NCBI GenBank assembly: GCA_964592275.1
Contig: CAZQDJ010000001.1
Span: forward strand, 4,770 to 68,769
Direction: 5' to 3'
DNA: 64,000 nt
Source: an uncultured Pseudomonadota bacterium
GTDB taxonomy: Bacteria; Babelota; Babeliae; Babelales; CAIQNR01
Under the pieces are notes generated by a model. It searched no databases and had not been told where the DNA came from. It saw only the letters and a list, made by a program, of their open reading frames with translations. Every line of letters starts with the position of its first letter. Position 1 is the stretch's first letter. Made by a program: the position numbers and the translations under genes. Below are positions 56,183-64,000 of the stretch, piece by piece.

Positions 56183-56803
56183 ATGTGTTTTTCAGCGCAA
56201 GCAAGTTTTGGGGCAAGTGCGATTTTAGGGGTTATGGGTGCCTACGCATTACGTAAGGCAAAACAAAACGAATTATTTCTTGCTCTGATACCAATACTTT
56301 TTTCCATCCAACAAGCATGTGAAGGGATCGTTTGGATTACCTATGCAAATCCAAATTACCAACTCATCACCACTGCTGCTACCTACAGTTTTTGCTTTTT
56401 TGCCTTTTTCTTTTGGCCAGTATGGATACCAGTTACTATTTTAAAAATGGAAACCAATCCACACAAAAAACTTGTTCTGCGAGCACTTCTATTTCTTGGA
56501 TTTTTTATTGCTTCAATTCTTGTATTTACCATGCTCACCAATGGCATTCACACAACCGTCTCATGTAGTCACATTGAATACACTATTTTTCTTCCAGAAT
56601 CCTTGGAAACAATAGGAGCAGTTTTTTATTGCATCACCACTATTCTTCCACCTCTTCTTTCAAGCAGAAAATGGCTCCCTTTCTTTGGACTATTGACTCT
56701 TGGATCTGTTGGCATCACCTACTTTTTTTACAGCACTTATTTCACCTCAGTGTGGTGTTTTTTTGCCGCACTTTTAAGCAGTGTAATCATTTTGATACTT
56801 TAA
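56183..56803 (+). CDS. hypothetical polytopic membrane protein
   Basis: 206 aa with about 6 hydrophobic segments. GGGGAG RBS upstream. Confidence 0.55.
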   Translation: MCFSAQASFGASAILGVMGAYALRKAKQNELFLALIPILFSIQQACEGIVWITYANPNYQLITTAATYSFCFFAFFFWPVWIPVTILKMETNPHKKLVLRALLFLGFFIASILVFTMLTNGIHTTVSCSHIEYTIFLPESLETIGAVFYCITTILPPLLSSRKWLPFFGLLTLGSVGITYFFYSTYFTSVWCFFAALLSSVIILIL

Positions 56804-56832
56804 AAGCCCTACTTATCTATTACAAGCATTGT

Positions 56833-57588
56833 TTATTTCGTAAAACTATTACTCACGATAGACATGATAATACCTGCAGCAACGGAAGCATTGTAAGAAA
56901 CATCTGAAGATTTTTGAGGCAAAGTAACTACAGTCCCCGCTTTTAATGATTGCTGAGAAACTCCAAGCCCTTCACTGCCAATTACTAAACACAATGGCTT
57001 TTTATATTCAACCGTGAATGCATTTGCAGTCTCGCTCAATGCAGCAACGTAAATGTTATACCCCGCATGTTTAAGATCCATAAGAGCAACAGATGGGGTA
57101 GTTGCCTGATAGATGCTCATACGTTCAGCAAGACCAGCTGATGCTTTAAGCGCTGCAGCATTTAATGAAACACCTTGTTTTTGAATCAAAATCACTCCAT
57201 CAGCTCCTGTGCAATAGGCAGAACGAATAATCGCTCCTAAATTGCGAGCATCCTGAATACCATCAAGCATGACTAAAAATTGATCTCGAGCAACATCAAA
57301 AAACTTCTTGCGATATGAAAATGGTTCTGCAAGAGCAGCAACTCCTTGGTGATCAGTTGTTCCAATACGTTCAGAAAGAGCCTGTCTATTTAATCTATGC
57401 AAGGAATACGGATACTTAGGCAACAATGGTTGCAACTCATTCCATACTTTTGGATCATCAGAAAGCGTAAGAATGTCGTAAACTTTGCGTTTTTTTTGAG
57501 TGAGGAGTTCCCGCACTGGATGCACTCCGTACACTAATTCAGCGGCTACTTTTTGTAGAGGATTTTTTTTCACTGACTGATCCTTCAT
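56833..57588 (-). CDS. rlmB: SpoU/TrmH-family 23S rRNA 2'-O-methyltransferase (RlmB-like)
   Basis: 251 aa. N-terminal substrate-binding domain (YGVHPVRELL) and SpoU motifs (DGIQDARNLGAIIRSA, LVIGSEGLGVS). Confidence 0.8.
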   Translation of the reverse strand: MKDQSVKKNPLQKVAAELVYGVHPVRELLTQKKRKVYDILTLSDDPKVWNELQPLLPKYPYSLHRLNRQALSERIGTTDHQGVAALAEPFSYRKKFFDVARDQFLVMLDGIQDARNLGAIIRSAYCTGADGVILIQKQGVSLNAAALKASAGLAERMSIYQATTPSVALMDLKHAGYNIYVAALSETANAFTVEYKKPLCLVIGSEGLGVSQQSLKAGTVVTLPQKSSDVSYNASVAAGIIMSIVSNSFTK

Positions 57589-57918
57589 TTACGATCCTTC
57601 AAAGCTTATAGACACCCCATAGCTGTAAGCGAAGGTGGATGGCATAGAAAGGATTAGGTTAAAAACTGATCTAGTGAGTATACCACAGATATTAGACAGA
57701 GAAAGAATCGCGACCTAATTGCATTTTCACATCAAACCAACTATTTTAAAATCAATTCAGCACTTTTTACGAAAGACTCTTAGAAAACTTATGATTACAC
57801 ATTTCACCGTCATCACCCCTGATCTTACAAAAAAACTTCAAGCTATTCTTAATCATCCTTCTGACTGTAGTACTTGTCCTTCCTGTAGTTCGCTTTCTTT
57901 TTAAAAAATAGGATTTTT

Positions 57919-58407
57919 ATGATTTTTTCTTACAGAATAATACTAGTCACTCATCTCTTATTCCTTACTGTATCACCCTGTATTTCATCAGACAGACCAC
58001 TAAAAACAACGGTAAGAACTGCTTCTTCTGGTTTGCTAAGCGCTGGATTTGGATGGGGGCTCCATGAAGTTGCTAATCGTTCTTGTGCAAACTATTCTCT
58101 GGATATACCAACTGTAATAACTCACACAGGAGAAAGCCGCTTATTATTAATTGCTGCTAGTGCTGCAGGAGCACTCCTTGTAAAAGAAAAGATACTCCAT
58201 GATACAAAGACTCCTTTTGATACCATTCTCCCTGACAATGGAAAAAAATATCAGATAGGAAAAGCTCTTGAAATAGGAATAAAAGCTGGTACCACTTTTG
58301 CTTTACTTACAACTGTAGGCAAGCAAAGCACTCTTGATGCTGCACTCTGCACTGTTTTTGGCCTCGGAGTACTTACCTGTTTAGAAACTGATGAAACAAA
58401 AAACTAA
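57919..58407 (+). CDS. hypothetical membrane/secreted protein
   Basis: 162 aa. Signal-like N-terminus. Stop overlaps the alr start (TAATG). Confidence 0.45.
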   Translation: MIFSYRIILVTHLLFLTVSPCISSDRPLKTTVRTASSGLLSAGFGWGLHEVANRSCANYSLDIPTVITHTGESRLLLIAASAAGALLVKEKILHDTKTPFDTILPDNGKKYQIGKALEIGIKAGTTFALLTTVGKQSTLDAALCTVFGLGVLTCLETDETKN

Positions 58408-59537
58408 TGACTCCTCACAGCATTGTAGAAATAAGTAAAAGCGCACTGCTTCATAATGTCGCAAGTTACAAAACAATTCTTACGCCACAAACCGTTCTTG
58501 CACCGGTTATCAAAAGTAACGCCTATGGACATGGGTTGCTAGAAGTGGGAACCATCCTTGATGCAAGCCCTGCAGTCGGATATTTGTGCGTTGTCAGTGT
58601 TTCTGAAGCTCTACAATTGCGCACACATGGAATTACTAAATCGATTCTGGTGCTTAGTATTATTGATGGTGATTTAAAACATGCTATCGATCAAAACATT
58701 GATTTAGTTGTCTACGACCTGCCATTTGCACAAAAACTCAACAGTATCGCGCAACTCCTTTCTAAAAAAGCTCGCATTCATCTAAAAATAGATACCGGAC
58801 TTTCTCGTTTGGGCGTGCATCATCAGGAAGCAGAAGCATTTGTACACGCATGCGCACGACTTCAAGGTATTGAAATTGTAGGCATCTTTTCACACTTTGC
58901 TGCATCTGAACGAAGCGATCTTTCTTTTTCTCATCTACAAATAGAGCGCTTTTTCAATCTCATTGAACAACTAGAAAAATCAGGCATTCACATCCCATTC
59001 AAGCATTTTGCAAGTTCTGCAGCGATTACTTCACTCCCCGAAAGCCACCTCACCTTTGCACGCTTAGGTATTAGTACCTACGGACTCTGGTCTTCAGTGG
59101 AAAGTAAAGTACGCATGGAAACATTGCACCCACATTTTTTTTTACGACCGGTCATGCACTGGAAAACACGAGTCATTGCACGTAAAACAATCCCTGCTGG
59201 AAGCTATGTTGGCTACGATTGCACCTATCAAGCACCTATCACTACAGAAACCGCTTTGTTACCTATTGGCTATTACGATGGATATGATCGCAGACTTTCA
59301 AATCAGAGTTTTGTAAAAATTAAAGATCAGTTTTTCCCTATCCGTGGACGTATCGCTATGAATTTATGCATTATTGATGTAACAACATGCCCAAACATTG
59401 CTGTAGGAGATGAAGTCACCCTCCTTGGAACAGAACATTTAATAACAACAGAAACTCTTGCCGAGCAATGCCGCACCATTAATTATGAATTTGTTGCACG
59501 AATCAATCCTTTAATCCCACGCGTAGTTGTTGAGTAA
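58407..59537 (+). CDS. alr: alanine racemase
   Basis: 376 aa. PLP-lysine motif VIKSNAYGHG and a C-terminal beta-domain with the YGLW region. Confidence 0.9.
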   Translation: MTPHSIVEISKSALLHNVASYKTILTPQTVLAPVIKSNAYGHGLLEVGTILDASPAVGYLCVVSVSEALQLRTHGITKSILVLSIIDGDLKHAIDQNIDLVVYDLPFAQKLNSIAQLLSKKARIHLKIDTGLSRLGVHHQEAEAFVHACARLQGIEIVGIFSHFAASERSDLSFSHLQIERFFNLIEQLEKSGIHIPFKHFASSAAITSLPESHLTFARLGISTYGLWSSVESKVRMETLHPHFFLRPVMHWKTRVIARKTIPAGSYVGYDCTYQAPITTETALLPIGYYDGYDRRLSNQSFVKIKDQFFPIRGRIAMNLCIIDVTTCPNIAVGDEVTLLGTEHLITTETLAEQCRTINYEFVARINPLIPRVVVE

Positions 59538-59595
59538 CGTTATTTTTCTTATACTGATGTATATGTTTACTTTAGAGTTTTTCTGAAAGGCTCCC

Positions 59596-60261
59596 ATGTA
59601 TTTAGTTGAAGGCAATGTTGGCGCTGGAAAATCAACTCTTCTTTCTTTACTCTCCCAACAACTCCCATCGATACAAGTTGTTTTTGAAGCAGTTAATTCA
59701 TGGGATGCTGTTGATCATGGCACGTCACTTCTTGCCAATTTTTATCAAGATACTCGCCGCTGGTCATACACCATGGAAACATTCACCATGTTCAAACGTA
59801 TACAAGAACATTTACGTGAACAAGCTAACAATAATCCTTTCCGCATCGTTGAACGCTCTTTATATTCAGGACACTACTGTTTTGCAAAAAACGGCTATCT
59901 CCATGGTTTTTTAGATGATGCTGAATGGGAACTCTACAATACATGGTTTACCTTTTTAGTAGAACAACGTTGCAAAAACCCTCATGGTTTTATCTACCTG
60001 CAAACTGATCCAAGGGTTTGTTATGAGCGAGCAAAAAAGCGAAGCCGTTCAAGCGAAGAAACAATTCCTCTTGCGTACTTTGAACAAATTCATGAACAGC
60101 ACGAAGAATTTTTAATAAAAAAACAGGGCATTTTACCTGCGCTTAAAAATGTTCCTATCCTTGTTCTTGATGTTTCTTTTGAATTTGAAACAAACGAAGA
60201 ACGAATAAAAGAATACGCTGAAAAAATTTACGATTTTATGCTTTTAACAAGTAATCGCTAA
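59596..60261 (+). CDS. deoxynucleoside kinase (second paralog)
   Basis: 221 aa. P-loop EGNVGAGKST and ERSLYSGHYCFA. Confidence 0.85.
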   Translation: MYLVEGNVGAGKSTLLSLLSQQLPSIQVVFEAVNSWDAVDHGTSLLANFYQDTRRWSYTMETFTMFKRIQEHLREQANNNPFRIVERSLYSGHYCFAKNGYLHGFLDDAEWELYNTWFTFLVEQRCKNPHGFIYLQTDPRVCYERAKKRSRSSEETIPLAYFEQIHEQHEEFLIKKQGILPALKNVPILVLDVSFEFETNEERIKEYAEKIYDFMLLTSNR

Positions 60262-60270
60262 AAGCTTTCT

Positions 60271-61458
60271 CTAAGCAATTTTATAAATTCGGTGCTTGCC
60301 CACTTTGATCGTCATACCAGATTTCCACGCAATGAGCGCTTTAAAATCAGTCACCGGTTCTCCATCAATGATCACTGCATTTGTTTCTATCAAACGTTTT
60401 GCATCAGATGAGGTTTTAATCGCTCCTAATGTTTTGAGCAATTCTACCACCCAAAGAGGGTTTTCTAGACCTGCAGGCAACGCAACCTCTTGCGCTTGAG
60501 AAAGATCTTTCTTTTGAAAAACCGTTTCAAAATACTGTTGCGCCACGTCAGCTTCTGCCGGTGACCAAAACATTGAAAGTACTTGGTGAGCCATGCTCTT
60601 TTTTAAATCAAGAGGATGCACACTACCATCTTTTACTTGTTGCTGCATTGCAGCAATATCAATCAAAGAAGTAAGTAACAGTACTTCGTAATAACGCCAC
60701 ATAAGCACATCAGAAATTGACATTAACTTTCCATACGCATCCTGCGGCAATTCAGAAAGGCCAATATAATTGCCCAACGACTTGGACATTTTTTCAACCC
60801 CATCAAGGCCTTCAAGAAGTGGTAACGTCATAATAACTTGTGGTTCTTGTCCGTATTGTTCTTGTAAAAAACGTCCCATCAAAAGGTTGAATGTTTGATC
60901 GGTTCCGCCAAGCTCTACATCTGCTTTGAGCGCTACAGAATCGTATCCCTGCATTAATGGATAAAAAAGTTCATGAAACCCAATCGGACTATTTTCTTCC
61001 AATCTATTTGCAAAATCTTCACGTTCAATAAGACGAGCAAGGGTCACTTTTGCACACAGTTTTAAAAGATCAGCACAACTCAATTTTGAAAGCCATTCAG
61101 AGTTAAAACACAAGGTAAAATTTTCCTGAGAAAGCACTTTGCTTACCTGCTCTAAGTAAGTCTTAGTATTTGCAATAATAGCTTCATCTGAAAGCACTGG
61201 ACGGGTTTTTGATTTGCCTGTTGGATCACCAATGCGTGCGGTAAAATCGCCAATCAAACATAAAATTTCGTGACCCATGTCCTGGAATTGACGCAATTTT
61301 CTGAGCACCACTGCGTGACCAAGATGCAAATCTGGAGCCGTAGGATCCATTCCCAATTTAATGCGTAGTTTTTTACCGGTTGCTATCTTTTTTTCAAACT
61401 CTTTTTCTGGGATAACGGCAATGATGCCTCTTTTAAGCGCTTCTATTTGGTTATTCAT
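60271..61458 (-). CDS. tyrS: tyrosine--tRNA ligase
   Basis: 395 aa. HIGH-type PDLHLGH, KMSKS, and a C-terminal S4-like domain. Confidence 0.92.
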   Translation of the reverse strand: MNNQIEALKRGIIAVIPEKEFEKKIATGKKLRIKLGMDPTAPDLHLGHAVVLRKLRQFQDMGHEILCLIGDFTARIGDPTGKSKTRPVLSDEAIIANTKTYLEQVSKVLSQENFTLCFNSEWLSKLSCADLLKLCAKVTLARLIEREDFANRLEENSPIGFHELFYPLMQGYDSVALKADVELGGTDQTFNLLMGRFLQEQYGQEPQVIMTLPLLEGLDGVEKMSKSLGNYIGLSELPQDAYGKLMSISDVLMWRYYEVLLLTSLIDIAAMQQQVKDGSVHPLDLKKSMAHQVLSMFWSPAEADVAQQYFETVFQKKDLSQAQEVALPAGLENPLWVVELLKTLGAIKTSSDAKRLIETNAVIIDGEPVTDFKALIAWKSGMTIKVGKHRIYKIA

Positions 61459-61468
61459 TATCAGTTCC

Positions 61469-62200
61469 CTACGAAAGAAGAGTTATACATTTCCAAAACC
61501 ACATCCCAATCGAAATAATCAACCAGAGAATACCCATGTGAATCTTATTTACAAACAACATCAAAAGAATAATGGGAACAATAAACATCATCCATTGCAT
61601 GCGATCACCAGAATAAAGTCCAAAAGCCCCTTGTTCGTCTTTAGAAAAATAGAAAAAACCTACATAAAACAAATTTACGATGATGTTAAACGCAGCCAAC
61701 ATACTGTTGAAAAAGATAATATTACGAAGCAACAAAGCCACCACAATCGCAAATGATGATGTTGTCTCATACCCTGGATAGAGTACCGCAGTCCGTGCTT
61801 GGGAAAAACTCAAAAAGAATTCAAGTGGATCAGAACCAAAGAGAAGAACAAAACAAAATAATGCCAAGAGAGCCATTATAATATTTGCAAAGGCATCGGA
61901 TAAATAAGCAGTAACCATTTTTGGAACCCGCCATTTACCATAAAAATTATGTGGATTGAGAGGAATATACTGACCAAACCCAAATGGTGTAAGCCCAAGC
62001 GCCATAATGGCTAGCCAAAAAAAACTTACGTGCGCCATAGGATTCAGAGTGAGAAAACCTAATTTCTCCGGAGTATCATCACCCATTTTTTCTGCTACCC
62101 ACGCTCTAAAACATCCAATAATCGGGATAATAGAAAAATAAGTGAGCAAAACAATTAACGTATCGATCATTAACTCTGTTGCTTGAACGGTCATACCCAC
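61469..62200 (-). CDS. site-2-protease (M50)-like membrane protein lacking the HExxH motif
   Basis: 243 aa. IIGCFRAWVAEKMGDDTPEKLGFLTLNPMAHV aligns with the family pattern HEFAHAWVA..LGD.T....GRLTLNPLAH, but HEFAH is replaced by GCFRA. Confidence 0.5.
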   Translation of the reverse strand: MGMTVQATELMIDTLIVLLTYFSIIPIIGCFRAWVAEKMGDDTPEKLGFLTLNPMAHVSFFWLAIMALGLTPFGFGQYIPLNPHNFYGKWRVPKMVTAYLSDAFANIIMALLALFCFVLLFGSDPLEFFLSFSQARTAVLYPGYETTSSFAIVVALLLRNIIFFNSMLAAFNIIVNLFYVGFFYFSKDEQGAFGLYSGDRMQWMMFIVPIILLMLFVNKIHMGILWLIISIGMWFWKCITLLS

Positions 62201-62290
62201 AAAAGGCTCCCCATTAGTTTTGTCCTACTATTTTTATCTTTACTGCAGTTTAAAAAGATTTGCCGGAAGGGTCAAACTCATGCAAAAATT

Positions 62291-62431
62291 GGGTTATCTT
62301 AAAATTAATGGTAAATAAAAAGTTAATAAAAATTCCCGTCATCCCCAGAGAACGGTAGTCACAGCAGTGCCAAAGGCACTGTCTAGACGAAGTGAACGTA
62401 CGGGGACCAAGACGTAACAAGAAGAAGTCAT
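62291..62431 (+). repeat. structured repeat, copy A (full-length unit)
   Basis: GGTTATCTTAAAATTAAT box, then CCCGTCATCCCCAGAGAACGG, internal hairpin CAGTGCC-AAA-GGCACTG, AGTGAACGTACGGGGACC, and AAGACGTAACAAGAAGAAGTCAT. Confidence 0.7.
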
Positions 62432-62445
62432 AATAAAATATAAAG

Positions 62446-62579
62446 TTAGAGCTTATCCGAAAATTAATAGATACATTAAAAAAGTCCCGTCATCCCCAGC
62501 GATAGGAGTAGCCACGTCCGAATGGACGAGTGGCGTATGACTGAGCGTTGGGGATCCAGTTGTTACAGGAAGAAGTCAT
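62446..62579 (+). repeat. structured repeat, copy B (full-length unit)
   Basis: TTAGAGCTTATCCGAAAATTAA box, then CCCGTCATCCCCAGCGATAGG, internal hairpin GCCACGTCC-GAAT-GGACGAGTGGC, GACTGAGCGTTGGGGATCC, and AGTTGTTACAGGAAGAAGTCAT. Confidence 0.7.
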
Positions 62580-62629
62580 TTTTTTGATTGTATAGAGATG
62601 GATAATCGATACTAGATAGCATTTGAACT

Positions 62630-62781
62630 ATGAGGACTTTGTCTTGTTACGTCTGGATCCCCGTACCGTTCACTCAGTCTAACGAAACATTTTATGTTTC
62701 GCCGCGACTTCGTTCTCTGGGGATGACAGTAAAAAAACAAACTTAAAAGATGGATTGATTTAATTTTCGGATAAGCTCTAA
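62630..62781 (-). repeat. structured repeat, copy C (full-length unit, inverted relative to B)
   Basis: The reverse complement reads TTAGAGCTTATCCGAAAATTAA...CTGTCATCCCCAGAGAACGA, internal hairpin CGAAACAT-AAA-ATGTTTCG, GACTGAGTGAACGGTACGGGGATCC, AGACGTAACAAGACAAAGTCCTCAT. Confidence 0.7.
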
Positions 62782-62841
62782 AAATAGAAGAATGACAGTT
62801 GAAAAATAACCAACTCATTTTCTAAAAGAAGGAGAATTGTT

Positions 62842-64000
62842 ATGACCGCATTCAAAGAACAAAAAAAACAATCACCACAATGGAAATGGACTCTTGCCGC
62901 TACCATAGTACTGGCAACCGTAACTATCATTTCTTACTACCCATCCCTTTCATATAATTTTCAGTTTGATGACATTTTTAATATTCAAAAATTCTTTCAC
63001 TTACGTATTAATGATTTCAAATCGTGGGTATTTGGTGGTAGTAGGTGGATCAGTTATGTGCTCAATGCGGTGCATTACAAGATCGGAAAACATAATCCCT
63101 TCGTCTACCGACGCACCAATATGCTCTTCCATGTAACAGCTGGCCTTCTTCTCTTTTTTGTAACCTACTATGCCCTTTTAAATCTTAAAAAATATGCTTC
63201 ACTGGTAAAAAAAGCCTTACCAGTCGCCTTCTTTACCGCGCTTCTTTTTTTACTGCACCCTGTCCAAACACAAACAGTTTCATATGTTATTCAGGGGCAA
63301 CTAGAAGGGCTTGCCACTCTTTTTATGATAGCGATTATGCTTGTGTATTTTTTCTATCAAAAAGCTCAATCATGGAATGTTAAAGCACCTCTTCTTATAC
63401 TCATTACCATTCTTGGGATATTTTCTTGTGGTACCAAAGAAATTGCCATTCTTTCTCCTTTAATGCTCTTACTTTTTGATTGGTTTTTTATCTCTCAAGG
63501 CAGTTTTACAGAATTAAAAAAGAAATGGCTTTTTTTTACAAGCTATACCGCACTTATCGCTTTTCAATATGTTCGTTATTTAAATTTTCATTTTCTTAAA
63601 ACTTCTTTTTTAGGAACGGCGGTACTACCAAATAATGTTGGTAATGTAATTACTGCCAATGCACAACAAACCATTAATCCACTCACGTACTGCATGTCTC
63701 AATTTAAAGTAGTAGTACATTACATTGTTATGTTTCTCTGGCCTTTTAATATTAGCGTCGACTATGACTGGAAAATGCCATCAAGTTTCTTTACCACTGA
63801 AGTACTAGCTCCTCTTTTCTTTCTCCTCTGTCTATTTACAGGAACACTTTTTTTATTGCGTAAAGATACAACACACCCTGTTGCTTTTTGTTCATTATGG
63901 TTCTTTATTGGGCTTGCCCCACGCTCAACTATCATCCCTTCAACAGAATTAGTTGCTGATTACAAAACCTATTTTAGCTCTTTTGGCATTTTTTTATTAC
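62842..64000 (+). CDS. polytopic membrane protein, TMTC/PMT-like GT-C glycosyltransferase candidate (partial, runs off window)
   Basis: AAGGAG RBS 8 nt upstream of the ATG at 62842. I read the frame codon by codon and it stays open to position 64000. SYNFQFDDIF, LLHPVQTQTVSYVIQG and many TM segments resemble DUF1736/PMT_2-type proteins. Confidence 0.6.
   Translation, partial: MTAFKEQKKQSPQWKWTLAATIVLATVTIISYYPSLSYNFQFDDIFNIQKFFHLRINDFKSWVFGGSRWISYVLNAVHYKIGKHNPFVYRRTNMLFHVTAGLLLFFVTYYALLNLKKYASLVKKALPVAFFTALLFLLHPVQTQTVSYVIQGQLEGLATLFMIAIMLVYFFYQKAQSWNVKAPLLILITILGIFSCGTKEIAILSPLMLLLFDWFFISQGSFTELKKKWLFFTSYTALIAFQYVRYLNFHFLKTSFLGTAVLPNNVGNVITANAQQTINPLTYCMSQFKVVVHYIVMFLWPFNISVDYDWKMPSSFFTTEVLAPLFFLLCLFTGTLFLLRKDTTHPVAFCSLWFFIGLAPRSTIIPSTELVADYKTYFSSFGIFLL

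Noticed and set aside
62291-62781. Possible CRISPR array, suggested by repeated GTCATCCCCAG-containing units
   Set aside because: The units are 135-150 bp and internally structured. They are unevenly spaced and one is inverted. There are no short constant repeats alternating with unique spacers, and no cas genes anywhere in the window.
62446-62781. Replication origin, suggested because TTATCCGAA/TTATCTTAA in box 1 resembles a DnaA box (TTATCCACA)
   Set aside because: There are only three imperfect matches, each embedded in a longer conserved 22-nt box. No dnaA or dnaN is nearby and there is no obvious AT-rich unwinding-element pattern. I could not compute GC skew. The evidence is insufficient.
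1-64000. Prophage, IS element, integron or integrative island signatures, and tRNA or rRNA genes
   Set aside because: I recognised no integrase, transposase, recombinase, phage structural or cas ORF in any frame. I found no T-loop-type GGTTCGA(A/T)TCC motif in an intergenic region. This was a manual scan, so small tRNA-like sequences could have been missed.

Overview
This is an AT-rich bacterial chromosome segment with the standard genetic code and dense coding. I found no rRNA, tRNA, CRISPR array, transposase or integrase by eye.

**Positions 1-23.6 kb** form one long minus-strand surface-polysaccharide locus. It contains:
- two tandem GT2 paralogs;
- RmlA/B/C;
- an FdtA/FdtB/FdtC-type dTDP-3-acetamido-3,6-dideoxyhexose branch;
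- a second branch with an aminotransferase, a C-methyltransferase and a CmcI-like methyltransferase;
- a Wzm/Wzt ABC exporter;
- an AsnB-type amidotransferase, a GT-C membrane protein and a fused MDR/Gfo-Idh-MocA oxidoreductase;
- WecC and WecB.

**The rest is mostly housekeeping:** RecD2, a partial F1Fo operon (atpE-b'-b-H-A), rho, secF, rpmA, thyX, polA, priA, orn, a fused ddl-ddl, alr, rlmB, tyrS and two deoxynucleoside kinases. Small accessory pieces are interspersed: two MNT-HEPN pairs, a hydrolase/GNAT/MepB islet, a secreted PP2C phosphatase and four tandem small secreted proteins.

**Most interesting observations:**
1. A GC-rich, ORF-poor element of about 500 bp (47898-48393) is bounded by inverted repeats of about 85-95 bp, each with an embedded 12-bp-stem hairpin.
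2. A family of structured repeats built on GTCATCCCCAG...GGGGATC has five copies (17.4 kb and 62.3-62.8 kb). The copies show compensatory stem changes and interchangeable internal hairpins. One copy supplies the last codons and the stop codon of a gene.
3. A GT4 glycosyltransferase is split exactly at its interdomain linker. Its two halves flank an 11.9-kb sugar-biosynthesis/export cassette.
4. A tandem Ddl-Ddl fusion, plus degenerate M50-protease-like and amidase_3-like proteins.

The gene content suggests a host-dependent, AT-rich lineage: nucleoside salvage kinases, ThyX, secreted effector-like proteins and a Rho with a disordered N-terminus. That is inference only.

All protein calls rest on motifs read from the translations. 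No database search was run.
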